Positions 22,137-35,112 of a DNA stretch of 54,053 nucleotides are shown piece after piece. The position numbers and the translations under genes are program-made. Each line of letters opens with the position of its first letter. Within the stretch, counting starts at the first letter, position 1. The notes below the pieces were generated by a model. It had not been told where the DNA came from, ran no database searches, and saw only the letters and a program-made list of their open reading frames with translations. The stretch is from Dirinaria sp. TL-2023a (Eukaryota), in the NCBI GenBank assembly GCA_051941275.1, contig JAVEBF010000016.1, positions 1 to 54,053 of the forward strand, given 5' to 3'.

Positions 22137-23405
22137 CTATTCTTTGACCCACACAGCTGCCATGCCCATCCCCGTTCCGACGCACATGCTTGTCACCCCA
22201 ATCTTCTTTCCACTTCTTCCCAGTTCATTCAGCAGCGTCGATATTTGTCTGGCTCCTGTACACCCGAGGGGGTGCCCCAAAGCAATGGCACCGCCGTTCG
22301 GGTTAACGCTGTTTTCCGGAAGCCCAAGCTCACGTATACACCAAACACACTGGCTTGCGAATGCCTCATTGATCTCGTACACGTCAACCTCTTGCTCAGT
22401 AATCCCAGCTTTCTCCAGAGCTACCGGGATAGCTTTCCAAGGTCCTATACCCATGAGTAACGGCTTAACCCCGACAACCGAGCTCGCGATGAATTTGCCA
22501 ACGATGGGCTGTCCCAGCTTCTCAGCCGCAGACCGCTTCATCAGCAAGACCGCGGCTGCACCGTCAGAAATTTGACTTGCATTACCACCGTGTATGCTTC
22601 CGTCCTTTGCAAAGGCGGGCTTGACCTTAGCAAGGCTTTCTGGCGTTACACCAGGTCTTATACCATCATCTCTCTCCACCATAATCTCTGTCTCTTCGTC
22701 TGTCTTTGGGTCCACAAACTTTGTCTTCATTGGTGCGATCTCTGCAACGAAGCTTCCCGCTTGCTGTGCTCTGAGCGCTTTCTGGTAGCTCTTGGCAGCA
22801 AAAGCGTCTTGGTCTTCTCTTGAGATGGATCGGTCCTTTGCCATTTGCTCACTGAGGACACCCATGGGAACTTTGCAGTTCTTCGCTTCTGGATGTGATT
22901 CTAGGAGCTCGCTGAACTCGGTCACGGCTCCAGGACCGTACTGTTGCGACATACTCTCAACTCCGCTTCCTACGCCAATGTCAATCATCCCCGAGCGAAT
23001 TGCGTTTGCGATATCGACACATGCTTGCAGCCCGCTACTGCATTGTCGATTCAAACTCTTCACAGCGGTACTCTCTGGGAAACCTGCCACTAGCGCAGCC
23101 GCTCGGAACTCTGTTGCGCCCCCTCCTGGCGGCAATACCGAGCCCACAGCGATGTCTTCAACTAGTGCAGGATCGATCTGGGAGCGAGAGATGAGCGATT
23201 TGAACGTGTGAGCAAGAAGATCTGATGCAGCAGTGTCCTTGAAACCACCTCTACCACCTTTTGTGAGGGGAGTACGGAGGGCACAAGTTATAACGACATC
23301 TGAAGGAGATTTAGAGAAAAGGCTTTCGCGGCCACGAGGAATATCTGCCTCGGATGAAGACAGGTGAGATTGCACTTGAGCGAGTCGCTGATTTGCTCGA
23401 GACAT
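22137..23405 (-). CDS. POT1: Peroxisomal 3-ketoacyl-CoA thiolase
   Basis: Motifs NRQCSSGL, INEAFASQ, GGAIALGHPLGCTG and SMCVGTGMG. N-terminal PTS2 RLAQVQSHL after ATG at 23405; intronless. Confidence 0.95.
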   Translation of the reverse strand: MSRANQRLAQVQSHLSSSEADIPRGRESLFSKSPSDVVITCALRTPLTKGGRGGFKDTAASDLLAHTFKSLISRSQIDPALVEDIAVGSVLPPGGGATEFRAAALVAGFPESTAVKSLNRQCSSGLQACVDIANAIRSGMIDIGVGSGVESMSQQYGPGAVTEFSELLESHPEAKNCKVPMGVLSEQMAKDRSISREDQDAFAAKSYQKALRAQQAGSFVAEIAPMKTKFVDPKTDEETEIMVERDDGIRPGVTPESLAKVKPAFAKDGSIHGGNASQISDGAAAVLLMKRSAAEKLGQPIVGKFIASSVVGVKPLLMGIGPWKAIPVALEKAGITEQEVDVYEINEAFASQCVWCIRELGLPENSVNPNGGAIALGHPLGCTGARQISTLLNELGRSGKKIGVTSMCVGTGMGMAAVWVKE

Positions 23406-24506
23406 GATCCATTCAGGAGACAAGCCTACCGGTTTAATAAGGTATCGAGGAAAGTAAAGAGGGAAAATTCAAAGCAAACAATACTGTTAGGTAGTGTATC
23501 TTAAGAAGAGCAAGACATATGCTTGATGTAGGAAGAGTTCCCTGAACCTCGGCACCGAGGCCCGATCTAGCGTGCGCATACCTGCAAAACTCTTGGCACT
23601 AATTTATTGGCCTTAATTGTTGGCCTACTTTACATTAGGTAAGCTCGATAAGGTACCTTGACTCTGAGGAACTTCTACAATTGCTTTACAAATCGTTCAT
23701 CAACCAATGCTTCAATGCGCATGATGAAGATTCGTTGAAATTTGCGCGACATCGTGTATGAGTAACCTTATCACCCTCCTGGCGCAGCGAATGTTCCCTC
23801 GAGTTTGAAACAAATGACACCTTGAACTCTCCAGGTTCTCCTGTCTGACTATTATTGTTGTTGATGCTTTTGGACTTGTACAAGGAGGAGACGCTTAAGG
23901 AAGGTTTCGCGTCTTTTGCTGATATCAAGTAATATCTTTACTTAAACGGTACTCAACATGACTTAATTAAATACTTTCAGAGCTCTGAGATCATCAGTAT
24001 ATTTGTTTCAATCAACTTACTCTTCTCTGTTGTTCGTCACCATCGGCCTCATCATCGAAGGAGCTTACAAGCCCAAGGGCCCGCATGTACAGACAGTACT
24101 GTAGAGGAAAATCAGATGCCAAGCTTTCACAACACTTGCGCTCGTGCCAAATGCAGCCGGCTTTAATTCGGATACGACCGCCTCAGTAAGCGCGCTTAAA
24201 TGTCGTGCGTGTAAATCCAACCCTGACGAATTCCTCTTACTCTACCTCGAACAGATATCTAGAGACATTGTACGCTCGATGTCATCGTAATCGAAACCGC
24301 TCTCATATCTCCACATCACTGCAATTACCGATTGAGAGGATCCCCGGCCAGCACCTCACGATTTGCCACCGCATTCTGCTTAGCACCTGCGTCAGAGCTC
24401 TGATCTCCGGGTATTCCCTTTCAGACCGGCTTTTCCATCGTGTGCAATCTCAAGCTGTGTTGGAGTATATTTCAGACTGCGCTGACGCAGTCGGACTGTC
24501 GCATCG

Positions 24507-26463
24507 ATGTCAAAAGTTGTACGAAGCGTCAAGAATGTCACTAAGGGCTATTCCCACGTCCAGGTCAAAGTCCGCAATGGTAGGGATTTGGGTATGTTTT
24601 AAAGCCAAGTCGTCGCTCACTGTAGCAAATAGCAACTAGCAATGACCCGTGGGGCCCTACCGGTACGGACATGACCGAGATTGCTGCGCTGACTTTCAAC
24701 GGGTGAGCCGCACTGGGTTGCGCAACTTTATCCTGCTCACCAAATGGCAGTTCAAATGACTTCTACGAGATCATGGACATGCTTGACAAGCGGCTGAACG
24801 ATAAAGGCAAGAACTGGCGTCATGTGTTAAAGTCGCTCAAAGTTCTGGATTATTGCCTTCATGAAGGCTCTGAGCTGGTAGTTACTTGGGCCCGAAAGAA
24901 TGTTTACATCATCAAAACACTTAGAGAATTCCAATATGTCGATGATGATGGCAAGGACGTGGGGCAGAATGGTAAGTCTGCGGCCATTTAGCAAATGGGC
25001 ATAACTGAAGCGGAGCAGTTCGCATATCTGCCAAAGAGCTTACATCTCTCATTCTCGACGAAGAGCGGCTAAGAACCGAGCGATCTGATAGGAAAACGTG
25101 GAAGTCCAGAGTGACAGGCATTGAGGAATTTGGTCCTCAAGGTTCAGCTTACCCTGGAGGAGGCGGGCCAGCGACCCCACGTCGACGGACTGACAGACGC
25201 CCGCAGACGAATGATGAAGAAGATGCAGAATACAGGCTTGCAATAGAAGCCAGCAAGTACGAAGCTGAGGAGGACAGAAAGCGGCGAACGAAATCCGAAG
25301 TAGCTGTTGATGATGACGATCTCGCGAAGGCCATAAAGCTTAGCAAAGAAGAGGAAGAATTGCGGCGCAAAGAGCTTGAAGAGAGCAACGCCTCGTCATT
25401 GTTCGACGATACAACCACAACGAATACGCAACCACAATTTACAGGCTACAATCAGGGTTACCAGCAACAAGGGGCGGTAGATTGGTTTGGCAATCCAGTT
25501 GAACAGCAACTACAACAGCCGCAGAGCACGGGATACCTCAATAGTGCGTATTCTCAGCCAACTGGGTCTCAACCCCAGCAGACAGGTTATCAGAATGCCT
25601 TCCAACCCCAGCAAACCGGCTTTGAGCAGTCTCAGTATCAGCAGCAGCAGCAGCAACAACAACCAAATTATCTGCAACATCAGTCAACTATGCAACCACA
25701 GCAAACCGCATTCAATACGTTCAATAACCCATACGCTCAGCAGCCGAATGACTTTAATAGCCAGTTCCAGCCGCAGCAACACCAACAGCCGCAGCAACTG
25801 AGCCAACTGCAAACCGCCAGCCACAACCCTTGGGCAGGTAGCCAGCAGAATCAATCTGACGGTCTTCAAGCAGCAGCTACTGGCTCCAACAACCCTTTTG
25901 CCTCCAATTTTAACAAACTACAACCTCAACAGCGGCAGACAGGACCACCATCTCTCAACACGCTCGCAGAGCAGAAAACTGCGACTCAGCCAAACCATTC
26001 CTTGTACAATCCAATTACTTCTTTCGAGGCCCCACAGCACCCAACAGCTGCACAAAAGGAGCAGAACCCTCAGCACGCAAGGCTTAATGCTCTGCTTGCG
26101 TCAGGCGAAGGCATGGATACCTTTGGCAATACTGGAGACTTAAGGATTCCGGCTCAGCATACAGCGCCAGGGACTTTTGTTAATAGCGCTGGCCAGGGAC
26201 TGAACAAATTGCATACCGCACAAACCGGCAGCAATCCGTTCTTCAGCCAGCACTTTACGGGCGCGCCACAGCAGCCGGCCTCTGGTGGGCCCTTTGGCTC
26301 ACAGCAGCAGCAAAGCCGGGTATTCCCAGCACAGACTGGACCAGCTGGGATCAACGGTTTTGGCGCAAACCCATATGGGCAGCCCAATAATAATCCTTTT
26401 GGAGCGCCGCAACAGCCGCACCCAGGCCAGGCCCAGAACACTGGCAGTCTGATCGATTTGTAA
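24507..26463 (+). CDS. ENT1: Epsin (ENTH domain, UIMs, NPF repeats)
   Basis: MSKVVRSVKNVTKGYS, ATSNDPWGP, DKGKNWRHVLKSLKVLDY, UIMs (LAIEASK, LAKAIKLSK), Gln-rich QxTG repeats, NPF motifs and a C-terminal clathrin box SLIDL. Three introns. Confidence 0.95.
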
Positions 26464-27261
26464 ATATGCTGAAGTAGGGAATTGAGACGCACCGGCAGCC
26501 TTCGATGGATCATGATTTGTTCATACAGACGTCTAATTTGCTCGATTAGCTCTATATGAGGGTTTAAAGGGAACGCGACCCATAAAAGCCCTGATTATGC
26601 AGCAATTTACAAATATTTCATCTCCCAGATTGCTCCGCGATAGCCTGCCGGGTTATTATAAGCCCACTTTGCAGTACTTCTCATGCGGTATGTCGTTCGT
26701 TGCTTGGAATTAGTGATAATCATGCTCTTTTACCTACCCAGGATCTGGGGAAAGTCATTTATAGCCTTTTCACTATTTGTCGTTAGTTCCGGAAAGAACA
26801 CATTCAACTGCCGTGTATCAGAGATCCAACATATGCACCATGGTACGAGTTTGGATGGGTGACGGATTTCTTAACATCCTCCACAGTCCCTTTTCCTGGA
26901 ATCATCTACGCCCCGCAATGCCCTTCCACCCTTTCGCTCAGTCCTATCGGTTGTCAACTTATGCGGAACTACCAGATTAGTTCAGTTCTGAAATCTCACT
27001 CTGTCAGCGCGCACAATGGCTGCAGGCGGAGGAGAATCACTGAAGTGAAGTCTTTGCTAAGCAGGACCACAAAAAAACCCACGCTTCCACTAGCAGCATC
27101 AATCGTTCAGTCTATCTCCAACGATTTGAATAGGCAAACTTACATTACCGCAACACAGGAAAATGTGCAAGTGTTGCTCTTCACTGCCTCATCCAATTTA
27201 ATTCTGGACAGTCGATTTGTACATCCACCGCCAAATCGCTGCTCTCTTGCTATTTAGTGTT

Positions 27262-28467
27262 ATGGCTGCCGGCATGCCTGGACACATCGATATCGAAGAT
27301 TCTGCAAGTGAACAGCTCATTTCAAGCATGATTGCGCAGGACCTGGGTGTCGAGCACCAAGGCGAAGATGCATTGGGTGAATACGTTGAGGAAAGCCTAT
27401 TCATCGAGCCAGTAGGTAATAACTACATTACTGGTATCCCGAGCAACGCGACAACATCTGTTGCCGCTCCTGTCACTGGCATCAGTCAAGCAGGGAAGCA
27501 GACCAATAAGCAAATTTGGCCACAGCGACCGCCGTCCAGTCACTCCAGCAGAGAAAACAAAGGCACATATAACAACAAACGAATTGAAGTTTGTCATACC
27601 ACGCTCCCTTCGTCCTCATCTGCTACTGAGCCTAAACATGCTTACACCTCATCCACCAATGCACCAATACAGGAATCCTTCAACACAATAGACGAGCATT
27701 AGCATACTGGTCTCCAACATATGAAACCCTGGACACTACATGAAGATAAAATAACTGACATATCGATGGAAGGCCAGCCTGAAAACAAATTTCGTCCTCT
27801 ATACCATAGTCGCCGATTTCGTGATCAGCTCTGGAGCAACGCCCCAACTGGAAGAAGCATGTCGGACCGTAACCCATTTGATTCCTTCCACGATCATCAG
27901 TCACCGTACCTACACATGGCGCATCAGTCTTTGTCTCCGGCAAGCCGCGAGTTTCCCTCTGATCGTCAGTTCATAAGGAGCCAGCCGAATTCTTCCATTT
28001 CAATCTCCACACGAACACACAAGGGAAAAGCCACGCCTGTGCGCCGTATGCATAATTCGGACTCTCCCAACTACTTAACTGTCGAAACTGACACCATTGC
28101 GGCTGCTTCTCTTTCTGGAAAATGTGCTGGAGACATGACGAGCTTTAGATACCCGACTGTCATGTACCAGGGTATCGAGCACATAGCGATCAACATCCCC
28201 TGGGCTGGCAAGCCTGGATGGGTCGAGCGCACAGTTGATGATAGCTTTGATGGTGACGAGCTTGAGGACACTATGGGAGTCCAACACCGATCCATCCTAA
28301 GGAATCTGCGATTCGCTGAGCGGATGGGACAGGCAAGGCGTCGCAAAGAAGAGGCGACGGCGGCGGAGATCAGGATTGGGGAAGACGAGACGCTTGATTC
28401 GATCATGGCAGGCATGGTCGGGGAGGAGCGCCGTGAGATGAAGGGAAAGGGAAAGGCCTTGACTTGA
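27262..28467 (+). CDS. Hypothetical protein; reading frame interrupted by a single TAG at 27700-27702
   Basis: ORFs 27217-27702 and 27721-28467 are in the same frame and separated by one stop. Both ends look protein-like (DSASEQLISSMIAQDLG; IRIGEDETLDSIMAGMV). Confidence 0.55.
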
Positions 28468-29076
28468 GGAGATGGCGGTGGCATAACCGAAATTAGCTTT
28501 ATAAAAGCTGAAGTTTCACGAGCAGCGAAGTAACAGCGGAATATGGAGATTACAGAGAACGTTCCATGATGATTACAATATCACCGGAGAAGGTGATCAA
28601 GATGTGTCTTGCTCGACGATGATCGTGCGTCTGTGTTTTCAGCAGTCATTCATCAGCAGCGTACCTGACCTTGATACGCTTGAATCGAGTTCAGGGCTGG
28701 ATTTGGTTCTACATAGCACGAGTTATCAGCTGATAATGCATGCACATGCCTACAGTGCAGTTCAAGTCCAACACACAATGTCCTGACGCCTCACCTTCTC
28801 AGCAACTAAGATAGGAGCAAGGCTGTTGATGCATTGTAGAATTCCGTCTCAAGGTGTTTGGAGGGTGACACTACTTAGCAGCTGAGCTGGCTGGCCCCAA
28901 ATGGCCCTGTACTGCGTCTACATCGAAGAGCATTCCTTCCCTAGGCGGTTCTGAAGTGCCTACAGCGCATATCGGAGTCAGCAGCTTATATCTGCATGCC
29001 AATTTTGCTTTTCCATTTTTCCGTTAGATGGATTTGATGTGAATCCGCTATGAAATTTAACTATCCCTACTTATGC

Positions 29077-30878
29077 TCAAGCCTTATACAAGGTATCCAG
29101 AAAACCACCCGCTAGCTGCACAACGACGCTCTTATCGGGTAAGCTTCCTGCAACGCCGTAGAGTGCCGCTGCCTGACCCTTCGCTGGCCCTTTCTTACCT
29201 CTGCCCTCCACAGCTCGCACTCTCTCCTTCTCTTTCTCCTCTTCCACCACCGCGATTAGATCTGCTAACAGACGATCCACAGACCCTACCATGGGCAAAG
29301 TCACTGCTACGTGTATCGCCGGCGGATTCTGGAGAGCATTCAGATGCCAACCTTTTTCGGTCATGGCGTCCGCGATGTCATATATGTCCAGAGAAGTGGA
29401 TCTGAAAGCTACAACGCTGACTAGGGGCTTCCCAAGTACAGACAGATCTTCGCGAAGAGCGGGGTTCTCTCGAAGAGCGGATTCAATCTTTTTCGCGGCA
29501 CCGACGATGGAATGACACGCCGAAATGTATCCATTCTCTCCCTGAGACATCAGACTCGCCCAGCAACCGGCAATTAATGCCCCCGGCCGCGATCCAGCGA
29601 TGCTAGGAGATGCGTAGACTCCACCGGACCAATTGGGAGAAACGAAATATTGGTACGACCTTAGGGTCGAGGTGCGGTAGAGAATTGTCGAGGTGCCTTT
29701 CGGAGCAAAGCCATACTTGTGCGTGTCACAACTGATACTAGTTACGCCCTTGAGCGAGAAGTCAAAGGGTATGCTGGCGAAACCAGCCTGGGATAAGAAA
29801 GGTATCAAGAATGAGCCAAGGCACGCGTCAACATGAAGCGGGAGTCGTTTGCGGAGGGCAAGGCGCGAGAGGGAGGAAATATCATCAATGATGCCGTGGG
29901 GATAGGACGGTGCAGAGCCAACAAGCAGAACGGTATTGCTGTTGATGAGGCGAGATATTGACGAGACCTGAGGACTGTAATTTGGAGCCGGACAGGAAAC
30001 TAGGTGGACTTTGATGCCGAAATACGACCCTGCCTTCCAGAAGGCAACGTGAGCGGTCTCAGGAATAACCCTAGAACGCCTTAATAGCTTTAATGAGAAT
30101 ACGGGGAGTATTGTACGAACATTTCTGGCTCGGAGACTCCCCGCTCAATATACGCCTTTTGCTTTGCACTGAAGCATGCCATAAGTATTGATTCTGTTCC
30201 ACCAGCTGTCGTTACACCGGCCGCTTCTGGAGGCGCATTATACAAGGACAGGACCATAGCAACAATCTCGGCTTCCATCTTCCGTACTCCGGGAAAGACA
30301 TCAGGATGTATTGGATTGGCGACACTGAATCTTTCATACGCTTCCCCTTGCAGCTTGATCAAGCTACTTCCGCCGTGATACACTGCCCCACTGACCATCC
30401 CATCTTCCCAGCGTGTGTGATGCATATCGCTGAGCCTCTGCAACTCCTGTTTGACTTGTTCTTCTGTCCATCCTTCCTTCGGCAGTGTCAAATATCGACT
30501 AATTCCCGGTCCCTGTGGGACTAGCTTTGCCTCAAGATTGGCAATCGCTTCCGCGACTTGCTTTTTGACCTGAGATCTGACACCGGGGACCCTCAATAGG
30601 ACGCTATATATGGCCCGGTGACATAATGTGTAGAAGTCGTTAGCTGTGCCAAATATCCCCCGGCCTCGGAGCTGTAGAGCGGCTTTGCGAGTCCACCGTA
30701 GCAGGAAGAGGAAGAAGACAATATTCCGTAGTCTGCCTTGTCATTAACGTTGCATGTAAACACGTCGCAATTCTCTCGCTCACAGCTCAGCGCCTCCTTT
30801 CAGTTGACTGCTGCTCGGTGTGGCTCTTTGTCTGAAGATACTATTGTGGAGGCTGGCTGGTAAGCGCGAGCTTCCCAT
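29077..30878 (-). CDS. DPL1: Sphingosine-1-phosphate lyase
   Basis: Motifs WEDGMVSGAVYHG, NPIHPDVFPGVRKMEAEIVAM, GGTESIL, LHVDACLGSF, PLP lysine motif SISCDTHKYGFAPKG and GFLDTLYKA. Two introns. Confidence 0.96.
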
Positions 30879-31591
30879 GGCTGCCAATATAACCCCAGTG
30901 TATTCTACACATACACACGCGTCGGCTTTAATGGTTATTTTAGCTAATAAAGACGTTTCTTCGTGAGTATGGTTGGATGGAAGTCGAAAGCAACACCAGA
31001 AGGCAGGCACTTTGAGCATGTGATCATGGGCTTGGCATTTGTCCGCAAACTACATATAAGGTACCTTAAGATACCTATATCGTGAGGTACATGGACTGTA
31101 TAAGGTAGTCACCTATTAATGCCGAGTGTTGTTTGGGGTTAGGCTTGCGAGATTCTTTTTCTCATCGTCTCTCAGGTGAGTCACCAGCACCTCAACCAAT
31201 GCGTAAGAATGAATAGCCTATGAAGATTTCTCCCAAATGATTCTAGACTCGTGCGTAGCTTCGCAATCCTCTCCAACGCGAAATCAACCCTTCTGCTTAG
31301 ACAATCCAACGCGGTGACAGTATGCACCCTTAGATGTAGGCCGAAACAGCGGGAATCATCTAGCCGTGGTGTGGACTAGGAGGCTCAAGGATCTTCTCCT
31401 TAACCCACTACATTGCCCATTTCGTCCCCTGCCCACCGTATGAGCACGTGTCCATTGTGTCTTTGTGAACAAGGACCCAAACCGCAGCTGGTTCTTAAAT
31501 CCTCCTTCATCGGCCGTTCACTATGGGAGACTATTTTCCATGCGAGTATTGGTGGCGCAATGTCCATGACATGGGGTTGCTCGGGTGTCAC

Positions 31592-31852
31592 TCAGCCTGG
31601 AGCGGGGGCTTCGACATAGTAGCCAGGATCTGGCTTCCTTGCTAACTTCACGGTACGTTTGGAGAGCGCCTCATCTACCTCGGAGACTGCGACGAGTTCC
31701 TTAACCTTCATGATTTGACCGGCCACCTGTGGACTGACAGGGTGGAAGACTGTTTGCATTCGCTTTCGAAGACCAAGTGCCGCTAGTACGCCATTGGTTC
31801 TTCGTGGTAGACCAATTGCTGATCTTATAAGAGTTATCCTGAAGAACGCCAT
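31592..31852 (-). CDS. MRPL33: Mitochondrial ribosomal protein uL30m
   Basis: [14 protein letters not shown]...[31 protein letters not shown]...[10 protein letters not shown]. Confidence 0.95.
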   Translation of the reverse strand: MAFFRITLIRSAIGLPRRTNGVLAALGLRKRMQTVFHPVSPQVAGQIMKVKELVAVSEVDEALSKRTVKLARKPDPGYYVEAPAPG

Positions 31853-32281
31853 GAGGGATGAGGTAAGCGGAGAGGAACAGCGGTGCTCAGTGTTAGGAAT
31901 GTGGATGCCTGCACAGAGTGCTGCGGATATAGGTTAGGTTCGGACTGTGATGTGTAGCGAAAGGGTGTGACAAAGTCTTTTTGGATCTTTTCGATGGAGA
32001 GGAAACAGAGATTTGATGCTTTCGCGTAAGTTTGCCGGTCTAGATTGATGGAGTCGAGGGACTCGGGTGGGTTTCTGCTGTGAGAAATCAAAGTAATAAA
32101 TCAAGAAAGAGGAGCTACTTGTAAAAAATGTTATTTTTCTGAATCATGATTGCGGTCCGAGCCGAGATCTTTCGGCAATACCTAAATCCCTCCGGAGTAT
32201 GAAGTATGATCAAGGCGAACTCCAGGCTCAATCTAGCATGACCTCGTAACACTTCTGAATGACCATGATCACGATTACAAC

Positions 32282-34558
32282 ATGGCCGAAACCGACGGTT
32301 CCATCGTCCACCTGGCAGACCTTCTACGCCACCCTGATGACCTCGACAAGTTACCTTTCCTTAAATCCGAATTCATTCGCAAAAAGGCTGCCGTGGACGG
32401 CCAGCTCAAGGCCGGTCTGAAAGAGCAGCTGGAAGTTACGCAGCGTGGCATGAATTCAATTACCGATGGACAACGAGTGGTCAACCAGATAAAAGAAGAG
32501 ATGATGAAAATTGATAAACTATGCGCCGAAGCCCAGAACATGGTCCGCGATTTTCCCAACTTGCACTTGGTCTCCCAGGTACACAGGAATTTTTGGCACG
32601 TCGAGAGCATGAAGTCAAATATCGAGTCCTTCGACGGGCGACTGAAAGACCTTGAGCATCTACTTCGCGAGGACGATCAGGACATTGAGAACCAGCCAAA
32701 TCTACTAAACATACATTACGGGCTCACCCAGCTACGCGACATACGGGACGAGGCTATGGATCAAATCAAGCGGGCATCTGACACCTCGCTCGAGAATACC
32801 CTTCTCCACCATTTTACGCGGCTCGATGATGTGGTAGACTGGTTCGACGATCACTTTGGCACGGCTTGCATGAACCTCATACCACTTGTGCAGGCAGACA
32901 ACAGAGGTATGATTGTCCGTCTAGCGTTGATCATTGAGGAAGAGGAAAAGAGTGATAAGAAGGTCAAAGCTCTGCAAGATGCCAAGAGGGAATACAAAGA
33001 TCTTGCTTCGCGATTAAAGTCCATTGCTGGTGGACCAAAACAGCTGCGTGGATACAAGGGAAAGTTCCTGAAGGCGATCGATCTGTATGCTCAACAGCAA
33101 TTCGACGGTATAGAGGCGGCTTTCCAAGAGAATCCAGATAAATTAGGCAAGCACTTCAAGTGGTTTTTCAATGACCTCTACGCGGTCAAGGTCGGCATGG
33201 TCGGCTTGATGCCGAAGAAGTGGAGGATATTTAGTACATACACAAATATTTACCACAAACTCATGCACGACTGGCTCGCCAGCCACCTAGATAGCCCAGA
33301 CCTATTGCCACCCCAGATGTTGAGCATTTTGGATTGGAGCGACCAATATTACACTAAAATGGCCAAGCTCGATTGGAAGCAAAGCGATTTGCAACCTCAT
33401 GTAATCGACGAGAGGGAAAGCGAGCTTTTACGCGAATATCGTCAACTCATTGTGAAGTCGGTGGACGAATGGATGGATCGAATGTTCACCACAGATAAGG
33501 CGTCCTTTATCGAAAGAAAGCAAGATGCGCTGGATACTAATGAGAATGGATACTTTCGGACGAAGACGCTTTCTGATACGTGGCGAATGCTTCGAGAACA
33601 AATTGTTGTTGCTGGCAACTCTCGGCGATCCAATGTCGCAGAAGGTGTAATTGATGCTATGTTCATGTCACTCAAATCCCGGCAAAGAAAATGGCAGAAG
33701 ATGGTCGACGATGAATCGGCCAGGTATAAGATTCCGTCAGCAGATCCTGAGAACTTGCAGATCCTGCAAGACTGGCTGGTAGCAATAGCCAACGACCAAA
33801 TCATGTGCATAGATGACAATGAGGAATCTGGCCAAGTAGGGTACCTCACACGATTTCAACGAGATTTCGAACCTTTGGTCTCTCCCAAGTATGTTAAGCA
33901 TGCGCACAGCGAGCTTGAAAGCCTGCGTGATGGGTTTGTCGATCTCGGTACTCATTGCATCAGCACATTCGTGTCCATTATCTTTAAAGTCGACCTTAGA
34001 CCAACCTTGTCCGACTTTTTTACCCCGAAATGGTATAATGAGTTTGGCATGAAAAGAATCGTTACAACTTTCGATGATTACGTGGGTGATTATTGCAGAA
34101 CTCTTCACCACTCACTCCTGGACATTCTTGTCGAGGAGCTTTCCGACGAACTCCTGGTGGCTTACCTCTCGTCCGTGAGAAACAAAGGCGCCAAGTTCCG
34201 GCGCCCAGACCCATTCACGGACAAGTTCAAGGACGACGTCTTGACCACGTTCGAATTCTTCCAGGGTTTGCGCGAAAGAGAAGATATGGCTTCCTTTAAT
34301 GTGGAGTTTACGGCGATCAAGCAAAAGTGGCGAGCTGTCGATTATCTAGTCAGAATGCTGGAATCTGATAAAGCTGCTGTGCCGGCAGTGTACGAATCCT
34401 TCAAGATGGATTATTGGGACCTGCAAATGACCTGGGTTGAGAGCGCATTGAGAGCGAGAGATGATTATGACCGGAGCCTCTTGAGCAGTGTGAAGGCTAA
34501 GGCGGGCGAATTGTATGTGGAGAGAGGGCCAGAAACTGTCATGGGGAAAGTCAAGTGA
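32282..34558 (+). CDS. SEC6: Exocyst complex component Sec6
   Basis: 758-aa intronless ORF with LLRHPDDLDKL, KKAAVDGQLKAGL, WLVAIANDQI and YWDLQMTWVESALRARDD, ending ETVMGKVK. Confidence 0.95.
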   Translation: MAETDGSIVHLADLLRHPDDLDKLPFLKSEFIRKKAAVDGQLKAGLKEQLEVTQRGMNSITDGQRVVNQIKEEMMKIDKLCAEAQNMVRDFPNLHLVSQVHRNFWHVESMKSNIESFDGRLKDLEHLLREDDQDIENQPNLLNIHYGLTQLRDIRDEAMDQIKRASDTSLENTLLHHFTRLDDVVDWFDDHFGTACMNLIPLVQADNRGMIVRLALIIEEEEKSDKKVKALQDAKREYKDLASRLKSIAGGPKQLRGYKGKFLKAIDLYAQQQFDGIEAAFQENPDKLGKHFKWFFNDLYAVKVGMVGLMPKKWRIFSTYTNIYHKLMHDWLASHLDSPDLLPPQMLSILDWSDQYYTKMAKLDWKQSDLQPHVIDERESELLREYRQLIVKSVDEWMDRMFTTDKASFIERKQDALDTNENGYFRTKTLSDTWRMLREQIVVAGNSRRSNVAEGVIDAMFMSLKSRQRKWQKMVDDESARYKIPSADPENLQILQDWLVAIANDQIMCIDDNEESGQVGYLTRFQRDFEPLVSPKYVKHAHSELESLRDGFVDLGTHCISTFVSIIFKVDLRPTLSDFFTPKWYNEFGMKRIVTTFDDYVGDYCRTLHHSLLDILVEELSDELLVAYLSSVRNKGAKFRRPDPFTDKFKDDVLTTFEFFQGLREREDMASFNVEFTAIKQKWRAVDYLVRMLESDKAAVPAVYESFKMDYWDLQMTWVESALRARDDYDRSLLSSVKAKAGELYVERGPETVMGKVK

Positions 34559-35112
34559 GCTATATTGCGTTGGCATCCGCACTGCATTGCAGCTTCGGAG
34601 GATATCCATATCCAAGCCCGGGAACCGGTTTTGCCCTATCGCGAGAGCAGTACGCTTCTACCATTACCGCTTGGTCCCCAAAGATCGGTCGTGGTGGCTG
34701 GATGCTGGATATGGACAAAGCAAATGGTGCTTCGTTCCTTGGCCGAATGCTTGGGCAATTCGTATAAGGAGCTCAAAGGAATGCTGAACACGAATTGTAT
34801 AGAGTTTAAGCTGAAGTCAAGAGACGGGCGTTCAGAGCTGCATCCGCTACATGAGAGACAAAGGTTGGTAGAGGTCCTACGGCCTTCGCAGCTGTAGAAA
34901 CTACGAGGACGGAGAATATTAACCGCCTTGAAAGATAAGAGAAGGCATTGCAATGGGTTGATGTTACTAGGCAGATGAAGCTATTTGCATTGAAGGTTTA
35001 GCGCAATATAAGCCAGGTGCAAGCTACCTAAGTACTCACAGCCAATCTTCATGTATTTGACAGGTGGCAACTTACCACTTTCGATGGTCTCCTACATGTA
35101 CGTTGACAGAAG

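Noticed and set aside
34515..34953. ORFs between SEC6 and RRP12
   Set aside because: They lie in convergent 3' UTR space, mostly have non-ATG starts and show no motif.
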